Assembly: GCA_004431415.1 (NCBI GenBank)
Contig: QPMI01000465.1
Coordinates: 1 to 56,581, forward strand
Source: Cyanophora paradoxa CCMP329
Lineage: Eukaryota > Plantae > Glaucophyta
Direction of reading: 5' to 3'
DNA length: 56,581 nucleotides
Shown: positions 43,810 through 56,581 of the stretch, one piece after another
How positions within the stretch are numbered: position 1 is the first letter of the stretch
How the letters are laid out: each line of letters opens with the position of its first letter
Made by a program: the position numbers and the translations under genes
The notes under the pieces: model-generated
What the model saw: the letters and a program-made list of their open reading frames with translations, nothing else
The model's database searches: none
What the model was told of the DNA's origin: nothing

Positions 43810-46628
43810 ATGCCGAAGCAGTCACGATCGGCGAAGTCGGTCAAGTCTCCGAAGCAGTCGGACGCTAGCGATCAGCATTCGTGCGCTACGGGATCAGCTG
43901 CTACCGAGCTCGAGCTCACGTCGAGCCTCGAGAAAATGCCTCAGGATACCTTCGCGCTGTGCATGTCTTATCTCGGCCTGCCGCAAGCGCTTGCTATCCG
44001 ACTCGTCAGTTATCAGATGGATCCGCCTCGGCATGGCATTGTCTGGTTAGAGCTGTATCTCACATCGTGCGACGCACTTGGGCGCCCTAGCCCTGTCCAG
44101 AGCGCCGCGTGGACCAAGGCGCTGACGAGCTTGGAACTTTGTGCCAGCAACTCCGCTATCGCAGTCCGCAATGTCACGATCGATGCCAGATGTTACCCGC
44201 AAAATGGGGCAGCTTTCATCTCGAAGGTGCTTGCTCGCCGCAGTGCTTGCTTGCTCTTGGTTTTCTGACAGGCAGCAGCTTCCATCGCTTTTGAGATTGT
44301 TGAGCGCCCAGGCTCCACTTGAAGCAGTTCGCATCAATCATGCGGACTTCTCACGTGTTTTGGGACGATTTTCGTCGGACGGTAACACGTAAGCGAGATC
44401 CTACTATATATAGCTACAGACAACTGGAGGACTCACCGCTTGAGCGTGCAGACTGCCGTGGAATGAGCGTGTTCGAGGAACTATCAAGCTTCCTGCAGGA
44501 TGGCCAGCACTTCGCTACTCTGAGACGGTAGAGATCGATTCCGATAGTGAAGCGCCCCGAGCTGTGGAGGACACAATGCCAGAAATTGATTCTGACTCAT
44601 CGCTCGGCTCGGACCGGGAGAATGAACTGTATGGCTGGGACGATAAAAATATTCCTCTGTGCCCCGACTTGTTTTGCCCAGACACAAGTGGCGACAATGA
44701 CGAGGCATACTTGCCTCATAGGGCGCTTGCGAAAGCTGCAAACATCCCAACTGCACTTCTCCCACGCTACAAATACCTGGAGAAGTTGTTGGGCAGGCTC
44801 GCAACCTCTCCTTCTGCTGCATCTCTGAATTTGTTTTCGTTGGACCTTAATGCGGACGCGGAACCACAGAGCTATTACGGAGAGCCTCCAGGTCTGTTTC
44901 CGAGGTCGAGAGCCTCATATAGTTGTGGCCCCCCAGCGGGATCATACGCGGGGCTGGCCTAACTAATATACTGATATTCCCCCCGGGGGCTTTTCCAAAA
45001 AAACATTGTGAGCCCAAACTGACGTACATGCATGTTAATCTATTCAGATGGGAAGCGGCGGACGAAAATCTTCGCGTCGATTGAGAAGCTCACTGCGATC
45101 AAGCATCTTGACCTGGCAGGCACTTTCCTTGTGGATTCCGCCTTCATTAAATCGCTCTTTGAGATGTGCAAGTTCCGATGCAAGAACCTGAAGTCACTTG
45201 GTGTCACTGCTCGAGAGTCTTCCACATTAGCTTTTAGCATTGCTGAGACGTTTCCAAATCTGCAGGTACACTGGTATCTATACAGCTAAGCTTGGATATT
45301 GATATGTCCGCATAACCTTTTGCACAGGAGCTTAAGCTTCTTACTCGATCCCTACAAGCTTCTGCGGGTCAGCTTCAATTTCAACCTATTTTTCAGCTGC
45401 CATTTTTGAAGGCCCTTCAGCTAGGTCCGCATTGCCGAGTTCGTTGCAGCTGTTCGTGTGACTGTTTGACAGATGTTTCTTCTCTAAAGCACATCCAGCG
45501 TGCCATTAACAGTTGGAGCAACAGTGCAGTGGCCTATTTGTCCATAATTGAAAGGTGGCGAGCAAGTCCAAGTCCAGAGACATGTTTCGATGATTTCTTC
45601 AAACAAATAATGATGAGCGCTCCTGTGCGTGGGGGGTTTTGCTTGTTGAAATTTTCGAGTTTGCGTGCTTTTGCGTTTATAAACATCGGCAGGGCCCGCT
45701 CCACCATCTGACTCTCATGAGCAAATCATGGTTTCGATTGGATCATCTGAGAAGCATTGCAAGCGCTCCCAATCTACGGTCACTTATTCTCGACCTTTAC
45801 TTGAGTCACAACGTCGAGGATATGGCATCGGTACAGGTATTGTCAAGCACATTACACCTATCTCAAAGAAGCACATCACAGCTATGTCAGCTCCAACGAA
45901 TGGAGTCGCTTACTTTTCTCGAGTTAAGACTGTCCGGATGCTCACGAGAGCTTCTTCAGCTCTTGGAAGCTCTTCATGACAGCTCTGTATCTAAGGCACT
46001 CCATGCCGTTCGAACAATGGTGCTCAGCATTCGGCATAATATGTCTTTTTGGCTCCTCAGCCGCAATAGCTCCGGCATGCGAACATATGATATTAAACCA
46101 GTAGCAAAAGCTTATCACGAGGCGGACTTCGAGGTTGCCCAGGCAGCAGCAGAAGTCATTTCGGAATACTGCACAAAGATTACATCTTACCGCCGAGTCG
46201 GAAGTTTCCCGGAGAAGAAGGAGAGCGAGGCCATTGTCAAGGCCATCAGCTTCAATTTGACACAAGCCAGCTTGTTTTTCACCGCCTCCAGCCATGTGCG
46301 AGCAACCTTTGCTGCTGACTTTGATTCCTTGCAAGCCATCAAAGCTTCCCTTGAGCCATTACGATCAACTGTTGTCCCCCGACTTTGCCAGCCCATGCCC
46401 AGATATAGCATTTTCTTTTCTGCTGGCCTTTTCCACCATGTACGCGCAGCAAAGCTGTCAATGAGCGATTTCACGAATGGATTTAGCTCGCCCATGAACA
46501 TGAAGCTTTCAGGGAGTGTTCCATGGACTTTGGTTATTAGGGAGCACCTGCGGCCTATTCTCACAGCAACAGACTACGAGCTTCCATGTAAACGTTACGT
46601 AGTTTACTGTCCACAGCTCTTTTTGTGA
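43810..46628 (+). CDS. F-box/RNI-LRR-like host gene (multi-exon)
   Basis: LEKMPQDTFALCMSYLGLPQALAIRLVS (F-box-like); LRR-like IKHLDLAG, NLKSLGV, NLRSLILD, SLTFLELRL. Confidence 0.55.
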
Positions 46629-47099
46629 TGTGAAACAAATACATCGCGAGATCTAGAGCTTGCAAATGGGAGAGCTCGAGGTGGGAGGAATTGAGATCTG
46701 GAGGTGCAGAGTTAGGGGCGTCACATCGCAGCGCCGTGTATAGTTTATCTCGAATATAGAAAAGGCGAAGCAAGACAAAGCGAAGCACGCACTTCCGGGC
46801 GGATGGGGTCAGGACGACGCACCGAGCGCGGACCACCCCGCTGCGCAGCGGCGAAAAAGACCTTGGACACGGATACTACACATGTATGCTAAAATGCCGG
46901 CCTACTACTAGAGACACTCGGCGTCCAAGAAGTGGAAGGTGCGACCGAATCACAAAAAATTACAGAATTCGAAGATCAGGAGGAGGAGCTCCAGCATGGG
47001 AACGCAGGAAATAAGGAGAACGAGCACGAGGAGAAGGAGAATAAGAAGGAGAAGGAGAATACGTATAAGCACTGGAAGAGAACTGCCTGTCGAAGTAAT

Positions 47100-49120
47100 T
47101 CTTGACTCGAAGGCCGAGTGCACTCTCCAGGTCCTGCGCATGCAACTCACATTACGCAAGCTCGAGGGAAGATTCAACAGGTATCGAGACTTGAGAAGTT
47201 GCAGTGATTCCGCACTTTTAGCAGAGCACGTTGCTTGGCCAGTTCGTCCTCGTCGTCCACACAGTCACTTATGACTTCAGCCCGAAAACAGCGGAGACCG
47301 AGGCTTCGAAAAGCAGACGTGATGCTGGATGGCAATGGCAGGGGCAGCGTGCCATAGCCACCAACAGCGAACTCCTTCAGCCCCGTCATTTCCGTTGCGA
47401 TGCGCTGCAATCAGATTATGGCGTCTTTTATATATAATTGGGAAGGAACCACTCTTTCTTACCAAGAGAAGGGGGGGTGGGACAATGGTGGATGAACAAT
47501 CATTAATGTCAAGTATTTCAATGCTGCACCAGGCAGCCAACGACCGTCCCGCCAGGGCCTCGTAAAGGTCGCCACAATGATCCACCAGGCTGAGTTCCTG
47601 TGGATGCACTCCGTGGTCAGCGGGAAGCTCTTCTGGTCTTGGCAGCAAAAAAGGCTGAATACCTTAAGCGCAGTGAATTGCAGGAGGGTGTCAGCTATAG
47701 AAGTGGCCTGTTCTCTGGTGCCGTGGTGGCATTCAAGGTCAACGTAGTGCAGGCGAGGAGCGACAGATTGAAGTACATCGATCAGCCGTTCTAGACTCGG
47801 GAGTTTCAGGGCCTCCAGGAGAGTGAGTGGAGTGAGAAGAGCATCAGAGGCATAGAAACTTCCCGAAAGGCTCAGCGCTGTGCAGTTCAAGTATGGACAC
47901 AAAGTAAGAAGCATGAAGAGAGGAGAGATACACAACACACTATTGATGCACGCACATCGGAGGGATGTCAGGGAAGCGAGTGGGCTCAGGTCAAGGTCCT
48001 TGTTTGCGCGGAGTTTGAGGTGCTCAAGGGTCGATGAGAGTGCAGCAAGGGGCTCAAGGCTCGATAATTTGGCAAAACGATTGAAGCAGAGTCCAAACGC
48101 TGCACATGAGCATGAAGGAGTAGTCAACGCACAGCATTTTAAACAGTGCCAACAGCAGGAGCAATACTCACATTGAAGAGAAGTGAGAGAAGCGACGGGA
48201 GCAAGGTCCACGAAATCATTATCACGATTGGGAGAGTCATAATACAAGACGAAATCAAGCGAGAGTCGCTGCATCCCTGGGAAGGCCGCAGCAATCGCAG
48301 AGACCATGTCTCTGTTGACAGCAGAGGTCCCTGCCTTGAAAGTCACCTGGAGCTGGGTGAGGGGGAGTGGCGAGAGGGCGGAGAATGCGGCCAGGTGAAG
48401 TGAGGTGGACAGGCTGAGACAGCTGAGCTGCGGGAGAGATGCGAGAGGTGATACATGCTGGACATCTAGAGGTTCGCATTGCAGGGGACCATCCCGCGTA
48501 ACTTTCAGCCGAAGGGCCCGGAGAGCGCGGAACCAGCTTATTCCAGCCAGGGAGAAGGCGGGGAAGAAATGATCCGCGCCCTGCGATCGAGTGTCAACAA
48601 GACAAGCAGTTGCACCCGAGTTAAGGCGTGGCATCGAGAGCTCCAGATCCCGTGCAAACCTCTTTGTTGAGCACAACGTCGAGCTCTTCAATCCCACCCG
48701 TGCGAGCCGCGCTCTCGCACGCGCGGCGGAGCACGGCCTCCACTTGCTCGCTCGTTGGAGCTTCGTCAAAAAAGAGCTCCAGCCTCCCGCGCGGCGCCGC
48801 GCCGGGCGCCTCCAGCACCCGCCTGATCGCGCGGCACACTCTCCGCAGGCGGCACAGCTGCTTCAAGTCGGCAAGCTGCTGCTGGGGCTCGGGAGACTTG
48901 GCGCGGAGCTTTTCCTCCCACTGGGTGGCGCACGGGGCCAGCGAATCGCTGCTGCCATACTTAGGCAAGCACGCAAGACGAAGGATGCGGAGAAGCAGCG
49001 CGTCGGGAAGGCCGAGAAGCGAAGGCGCCGGCCGCTGCGGATGCTGTTAGCTTTACGGTCATAGACGCGAGTACGGAAGTGGGCGCACGTCCTGCTGAAC
49101 AGGCTGCACCAACCGCGCTT
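47100..49120 (-). CDS. F-box-like/LRR gene, copy A (multi-exon)
   Basis: SLLGLPDALLLRILRL...LCRLRRVCR; LRR units LSPLASLTSL, LEHLKL. Confidence 0.65.
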
Positions 49121-49478
49121 CCTGATTATCTGACCGCCGCCGCTTCGCTCGATGCGCTGCTGACTTGAGTTGAGCTGACAACTTGTGCGGAAAGCTCGAG
49201 CTCATGATCGGACCTAGCTGTACAGGGAAGAGAGCTTGCAATTGAGATTGGCGCTTGCGTGCAAGTACTAGTGCACGCTTTAGGTATACGTAGGCGCTGC
49301 GTGTACAGTTGTTTCTTTCGGAGAAGCCAGTATCCCGGGGGCTCGCCGTTTCGGCGCAGCGGTTTGATGGAAACGGTGGCCATATAGATGGCCGGGCGCC
49401 ATGGAAACGATTCGATTTTGCTAGCTAGCTAGCCATCTGTACGTCACGCTCTGACTCTTTTCTCTCACAGTATTCGTA

Positions 49479-51750
49479 CTAAAAGGGGGACTGTACTCCG
49501 TACATCAAATTAAGAAAAATTCGCTCGTCCCGGTTCAGCTTGACCTTGCCGCTGGCGATGAGTAAGGGATCAGGGAGTCGGACCATTGACATGGTCACGG
49601 TGAGCCGGCCGTCGGTCTGGAGAGCCAACATCGTCATAAGTGCACGGGCACGGGCATCCGAGAGTCGCGGGTCAAAGGAGCAGTCGCGAATTTGGACAGA
49701 CGCCGCGCATTGGAGCATAGTCTCCAGCAGCTTCTCCGACAGACTCGCCAGTGGAAAGCTACCGACAAGCGTAAGGTCGCGGAAAGCGTAATAACGCGGG
49801 ATAATTATATAAAGCAACGCACGTATCGAGCACGACATCGACTGTGCGGTCGGGGCGCCGCCGAAGCACGCCAGCCACAAGGTCCATCAAGCTACTAGAG
49901 ACCGCAGACAAGGATCCACGAAAGTTCGTCAGCTGGAGGACGGCACGTCCACTGCGCGCCAAAAGGACGTCAACGGCCTGCGCCGCGGTGAGTAAGCCAA
50001 CGAGTGGCCAGGTGCAAGCAAGCGTGCGGGAAGCTGCGCACCTCTGTCAACAGCTCAGGTTCCACCTGTTTATCGTCCAAGTTCTCGACCTCGTCGTCCT
50101 GGTACTCGTCGTAGTAGAGCGATGCGTGGAAGGCTAAGCGCTGGAAAATGAGCAGGGCGCAGGGGAGCGTGAAAGCCGGCTTTGGGAGCTCCGGCATGGC
50201 TGCTGCAACTTTCTTGGCGAAGTCGGGCGCTGACAGCAGGCTAGATTAATGATTCGATCAATGGTGTGGCGACCGCGAACGACAACGCCGCCCTTGACCA
50301 CAAGCGCCTTGTTCTGGTTCAGGCTGGCGCTCCTCGTGATCAGGAAAGTTTGGAGCTGCTCGATTGGGGGACAGTCCGTCATCGTGAGGCCTAGCTGCGA
50401 GGGGAGATTTCATGATCAGAAAAAATGCCGGCGAGAGCGACCGCAAGCTTGAAGCGGCGCCTTGCCTCCTCAATGTTGTGCGAGCGGGGCTCGTGGACAA
50501 CAAGGGGCCACGCATCCCAGAAGCCATAGTCGCCAACGTAGACATGAACGGGGAGCTCTTCGAATTCGGGCTCGTCATCCTCTTCGGATTCGGTCGGCTC
50601 ATCGTCCTCTTCAGATTTACTCAGCTCGTCGTCCTCTTGTCGCTCTGCTTGTCTGATCGTCGGTATCATTGCTGCCCGTCCGTTGATGTGAGGGTCGGTG
50701 TAGAACTTAACGTCGACGGAGATGACGTTGGGAAAGCGAACAGAATGGCCTGCCCAGTTCACCATCGCGCTGACAAACTCGCCAGAGCACATGTGCGTGC
50801 TCCAATCGCAGGAGGACTCGCCCAGCTCGGGGACAACGCAGAAGACTACGTTCTTGACGCACGGAATCGCAATTGATTCATCGCCAGGACAGCCGAGGGC
50901 TCCTCTGTCCCAAGAACAGCCTCCGTTCCTCGCGCGCGAAGGCTTCGCGACGAGGATGATCACAGTCTCGGTGTCAGTGAAAAAATTCTTCAGGGCCAGA
51001 AGCACCTGTACATGTATCACAGCTCGCATGATTTGGCGCCAGGGTGGGAGGTGGTTCTGACTCACACCGCAAAAGTTCTTGACGCTGTCCACCATAACAG
51101 GGCTTACTCCCGACAAACATGATGTGGCGCCACTGATGACCTCGGCGGCGCGCTCATGGTGCGTGAGGACGCGATCGCGAACGTTGAGCGTTGAGCGAAC
51201 GTCGGGCATCGATAGAGATTCGTCGCCCCTGAGGAAAAAGCCCAGGCTCGTGGGTCGCCATCCGTGAACTCGCAGGTCCAGCTGCGGCGCAATGAAGTGA
51301 GCGTGGCACTCACCGGGAAGCACCGTATGCGTACGCGCACCGCGGTGTATATGAACTTGCAGCTGATCCGAAAGGCGAACAAATCCCTCGTGTTGGCGAT
51401 GAATGCGGCTATAAACACAATGAGGTCGCGTGGCAGCTGCTGGACCGGCGCTGTGAGGGGCGAAAGGACGAGTACGGAGCGCGGCACGGAGCGCGGCACG
51501 GCGTGTGTGCGCACACAGCAAATGGACCGGAAATGGCATCCGTCGCCTGCAAGCGAGGTCGGGCGAGTCAAACATACTGAAAGCGAGCGCCACTTGCTTT
51601 CGCTGCCACAGGCGCACCTCCTGTCTGGCAATTGGCGGAACAATGACCGTTGCCTTGATCGCTGCCGTGTCCTAGCGACAATAGCGACATTATTGACCGC
51701 AGGCCTTCGGAAACGCTGCGCACCTCTGCTTTGCATGCGGCTGCAGCCGC
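49479..51750 (-). CDS. F-box protein (multi-exon)
   Basis: QQLPRDLIVFIAAFIANTRDLFAFRISCKFIY; acidic SEEDDEP repeats. Confidence 0.55.
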
Positions 51751-52689
51751 GGCCGTGCGCGCCCCCAAGCTGGCGGCGACTGGCGACGCATTCTCCTGCG
51801 CATACAGCTCCGCTGTCTCGAGCTCCTGCTCGACGATCTGCGGGCAGGCGACGCGGTCTGAGTCGACACGGTCAGGTCGGCTAGTCTGTACGTGTGTGCA
51901 CCATCAACGCTGACCGCCGCCGCTTCGCGATCGCTCGATGCGCTGCTGACTTAAGTTGAGCTGACGACTTGTGCGGAAAGCTCGAGCTCATGATCGGACC
52001 TAGTACAGGGACTCCGGGAAGAGAGCTCGAGATATCGATGGCCCGCTAGCTATATCTTGCGTGGCAACGCTTTAGTGCAAGTGCGCTGTGCACGCACGTG
52101 TACTAGTACTAGCTTAGTATAGTCGTAGGCGCTGCGTGTGCAGTTGTATCTTTCGGAGAAGCCAGTATCCCGGGGGCTCGCCGTTTCGGCGCAGCGGTTT
52201 GATGGAAACGGCGGAAACTTCAATTGCAGTTATATATATATAACACCCGTGCATGTGCATCAGCTACATTGATACGTAAACGGGCCAGGTCCATGCCAGT
52301 ATACGTACTCTCGATTCCTCCTACGATTTGATCAGCAGTACGATTTCTCCTGCAGCAGCACGACCTCGAGCTCCGCCTCCACCTCTCGAGACTTCGTATC
52401 GATCGCTAGCCTTCCTCTTAAAGCTTGCGATATCGATCGAGGCTGCTCGAGCTCAACTTTACAAGCTTCGAAACACGAACAAGCACATGTATACGGACAT
52501 GCACCATGTGCCGGATCCAGCAATACTAGTCCAGACTAATTATATAATTATATATCTATATAAATTCTTTGGCCGGAGCCGCGAAAAGCATACGTGATGC
52601 TGGCTGCAGTGCGACTCGCCATTCATTACGATTACAACTCATACGTTAACATGAGCAAGCACGCGCCCTCTTCACGTCGTTTTCCAAAG

Positions 52690-55040
52690 TAATTCTTGAC
52701 GGGAACACCAAGTGCACTCTCCAGGTCCTGCCCACGCAGCGCACATTAGACAAGCTCGAAAGAAGCTTCAGCAGGTATGGTGATTTGAAAAGTTGCAGTG
52801 ATTCCGCACTTCTAGCAGAGCACGTTGCTTGGCCAGTTCGTCCTCGTCATCCTCACATTCGTCATCCACCACTTCAGCCCGAAAACAGCGGAGACCGGAG
52901 CTTCGAAAAGCAGACGTGATGCTGGCTGGCAGTGGCAGAGACAGCATGCCATAGCCACCAACAGCGAGCTCCTTCAGCCCCGTCATTTCTGTTGCGATTC
53001 GCTGAAACCGGATGAGGGCTAAACATGGGGACCAAAGTCATTCGAAGTCTTGCGCTTAAACTTGGGCATCGCTTAAACTTGGGGAGGAGCCACTCTATGT
53101 CTTACCAAGAGAAGGGCGGTGGATAAACAAACTCTTCATTCCCTGAACCGTGTGCCAGATGTCAAGCATTTTAATGCTGCACCAGGCAGCCAACGACCGT
53201 TCCGCCAGGGCATGAAAAGCTCGCCATAATAATCACCAAATCGAGTTCCTGTGCATGCGCTCCATAGTCAGCAGGAAGCTCTTCTGGTCTTGGTAGCAAA
53301 AAGGGCTTGATCACCTCAAGCGCTGTGAATTGCAGGAGGGTGTCGGCTGCAGTAGTAGCTGCTTCTTTGTTGCTGTTGTTGTATTCAATGTAGACGTGGC
53401 GCAGATGAGAGGCGAGAAATCGGAGCCCGTTGTAAATTGCATGTTTCCCGAAATCGAGTGCCACCAGGCGAGTGAGTGGAGCAAGACAGATGGACAGCCA
53501 TGGAAATATCCCTGGAAGCTAAGCGCTGTGCAATTATAGTATGGACAAAAAGTAAAAAGCACGACGAGAGTACAGATACAGACACATGATCCGGATGCGC
53601 GCACATCGGAAGGGACGTCAGGGAAGCGAGTGGGCTCAGGGCAAGATCGTCGTGAATGGAGAAGTGGAGGTGCTCAAGGTCGATGAGAGTGCAGCAAGGG
53701 GCTCAAGGCTCGATAATTTGGCAAAACGATTGAAGCAGAGTCCAAACGCTGCACAATGAGCATAAAGGAGTAGTGAACACACAGCATTTTTAAAGAGTGT
53801 GAGCAGCAGGAACAATACTCACATTGAAGTGAAGTGAGAGAAGCGAGGGGAGCAAGGTCCACAGGAACAACAACATGCGAAGCATCTTGCACAGGGCGAA
53901 AATCGACATCGGATTTAAGCAAGAGGCGATGCAGCCCTGGAAAGACCGCAGCAATCGCAGAGACCGTGTCCGAGTAGACAGAAGAGATAATCAACGGGAC
54001 TTGTACAGTTGCCTGGAGCTCCATAAGGGCGAGCGGCGAGAGGGCGGAGAATGCGGCCGGGTGAAGTGGGGTGGACAGGTTGAGACAGCTGAGCTGCAGA
54101 AGAGATGCGAGTGGTGATACATGCTGGACATCTAGGCGTTCACAGTGCGGATAAACAGTCAGGCGAAGGGCCCGGAGAGCGCGGAACCAGCCTATTCCAG
54201 CCAGGGAGAAGGCGGGGAAGGAATGATCCGCGCCCTGCGATCGAGTGTCAACAGGACAAGCAGTTGAAGGCACCCCAGTTCAGGTGTGGCATCGAGAGCT
54301 CCAGATCCCGTGCAAACCTTTTTGTTGAGCACAACGTCGAGCTCTTCAATCCCATCCGTGCGAGCCGCGCTTTCGCACGCGCGGCGGAGCACGGCCTCCA
54401 CTCGCTCGCTCGTTGACGTTGGAGCTCGAGCATCGTCGAAACAGAGCTCCAGCCGCCCGCGCGGCGCCGCGCCGGGCGCCTCCAGCACCCGCCTGATCGC
54501 GCGGCACACTCTCCGCAGGCGGCACAGCTGCTTCAAGTCGGCAAGCTGCTGCTGGGGCTCGGGAGACTTGCGCGGAGCTTTTCCTCCCACTGGGTGGCGC
54601 ACGGGCCAGCGAATCGCTGCTGCCATACTTAGGCAAGCACGCAAGACGAAGGATGCGGAGAAGCAGCGCGTCGGGAAGGCTGAGAAGCGAAGGCGCCGGC
54701 CGCTGCGGATGCTGTTAGCTTTACGGTCATAGACGCGAGTACGGAAGTGGGCGCACGTCCTGCTGGGCGGCTGCACCAACCGCGCTTCCTGATTATCTGA
54801 CCGCCGCCGCTTCGCTTGATCTGCTCGACCCTCTCTTCTCGCGCCCGCTGGACCGCCTACGCCTAACGCTGCTGCCGGGTGCCGCAGGTCATGCTGCCGC
54901 TCCGACTGCTGTCGCTGATCATTTGCTGCTTCCCGCAGTCCCGCCTCTGGCCGAGAATGAGCCGAATACTCGATGCCGAGAATCGGTTGAGGCCATAGCG
55001 AATCATCCCATAGCGAATCATCCATAGCGAACCAGGCCAT
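52690..55040 (-). CDS. F-box-like/LRR gene, copy B
   Basis: Paralog of copy A (54280-54815 nearly identical to 48630-49147). Confidence 0.65.
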
Positions 55041-55399
55041 AGTATACGTAGCTATACGTATATAGCTAGTACTAGTACTAGCTTAGTATAGTCGTAGGCG
55101 CTGCGTGTACAGTTGTATCTTTCGGAGAAGTCAGTATCCCGGGGGCTTGCCGTTTCGGCGCAGCGGTTTGATGGAATTCGAAACGGCCGAACTTCAATTG
55201 CAGTTATATATATATATAACACCCGTGCATGTGCATCAGCTACATTGATACGTAAACGGGCCAGGTCCATGACAGTACTCTCGGGCCAGGGATCATCAGA
55301 ACGATTCGTCATTCATTACGCCTGTACATGCACCGGTACAAGCAAGACTACTCTAGACTAAAATTCTTTGGCCGAAGTTGTTCAGTAATCCTCTACTTC

Positions 55400-56581
55400 C
55401 AGGCCGAGTGCACTCTCCAGGTCCTGCGCATGCAACTCACATTACGCAAGCTCGAGGGAAGATTCAACAGGTATCGAGACTTGAGAAGTTGCAGTGATTC
55501 CGCACTTTTAGCAGAGCACGTTGCTTGGCCAGTTCGTCCTCGTCGTCCACACAGTCACTTATGACTTCAGCCCGAAAACAGCGGAGACCGAGGCTTCGAA
55601 AAGCAGACGTGATGCTGGATGGCAATGGCAGGGGCAGCGTGCCATAGCCACCAACAGCGAACTCCTTCAGCCCCGTCATTTCTGTTGCGATTCGCTGAAA
55701 CCGGATGAGGGCTAAACATGGGGACCAAAGTCATTCGAAGTCTTACAAAGAGAAGGGCAGAAGGTAGACTGACGGATGCAAAACTATTAATGTCAAACAT
55801 TTTAATGTTGCGCCAGGCAGCCAACGACCGTTCCGCCAGGGCATGCAAGAGCCCGCCATAACGATCCACGTGTACCAAGCTCAGTTCCTGTGCATGCGCT
55901 CCACGGTCAATGGGAAGATCTTCAGCGCTTGGCAACAAAAAGGGCTGATTACCTCAAGCGCGGTGAATTGCAGGAGGGTGTCGGCTGCAGTAGTAGCTGC
56001 TTCTCTGTTGCTGTTGTTGTATTCAAGGTGGAGGAAGCGTAGGCGAGGGGCGAGAGATTGAAGTCCATTTAAATTTCTAATAGGCCCGATTCTGAGAGCC
56101 TCCAGATGAGTAAGTGGAGCGAGAAGAGATCGAGAGACATGGAAAGCTCCCAAGAGGCTGAGCGCTGTGCAGAATGAGAAGGGACAAAGTAAGAAGCATG
56201 AAGAGAGCAGAGATACACAAAACATCAACATTTGGATGCACGCACATCGGAGGGACGTCAGGGAAGCGAGTGGGCTCAGGTCAAGGTCCTTGTTTACGCG
56301 GAGTTTGAGGTGCTTGAGGGTCGATGAGAGTGCAGCGAGGGGCTCAAGGTTCGATAATTTGGCAAAACAATTGAAGCAGAGTCCAAACGCTGCACATGAG
56401 CATGAAGGATTAGTCAACGCACAGCATTTTGAAGAGTGCCAACAGCAGGAGAAATACTCGCATTGAAGAGAAGTGAGAGAAGCTATATGAACATGGTCCA
56501 TAAAAAATTATCATACGCCGATCTGTCGCTGCGTCGGATCCAAGCAAGAGCCGCTGCATCCCTGGGAAAGCCCCCGCAATC
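55400..56581 (-). CDS. LRR gene, copy C (3' part; truncated by the window edge)
   Basis: 55401-55682 is identical to 47111-47392; same LRR exons. Confidence 0.65.

Overview
Eukaryotic (protist/alga-like, GC-rich, short-intron) DNA with a three-level nested insertion. (1) A complete 27,516-bp AT-rich endogenous Polinton-like/virophage-like virus (13770-41285) has ~840-bp terminal inverted repeats capped by 73-nt hairpins and a 6-bp target-site duplication (GGCAAG). It encodes an rve integrase, a pPolB with eroded proofreading motifs, an AEP primase-SF3 helicase, an A32-like packaging ATPase, an NCLDV-like major capsid protein, two pentons, a patatin-discoidin fusion, a cassette of fibre genes (gC1q, lectin-like heads), an AdoMet decarboxylase and endonucleases. 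(2) The virus sits in the 3' end of the gag ORF of a tyrosine-recombinase (DIRS/PAT-like) retrotransposon with split direct repeats (~9214-42523, minus strand). (3) The retrotransposon interrupts a host gene with an ADD/PHD-type finger, whose frame is restored across the empty TA site. The left flank has duplicated PHD-finger segments; the right flank is a cluster of F-box and F-box/LRR genes. Frameshifts are frequent in viral, retroelement and host ORFs alike and look like assembly indels, so gene coordinates are reconstructed by eye. All family calls come from motif recognition, not database searches.
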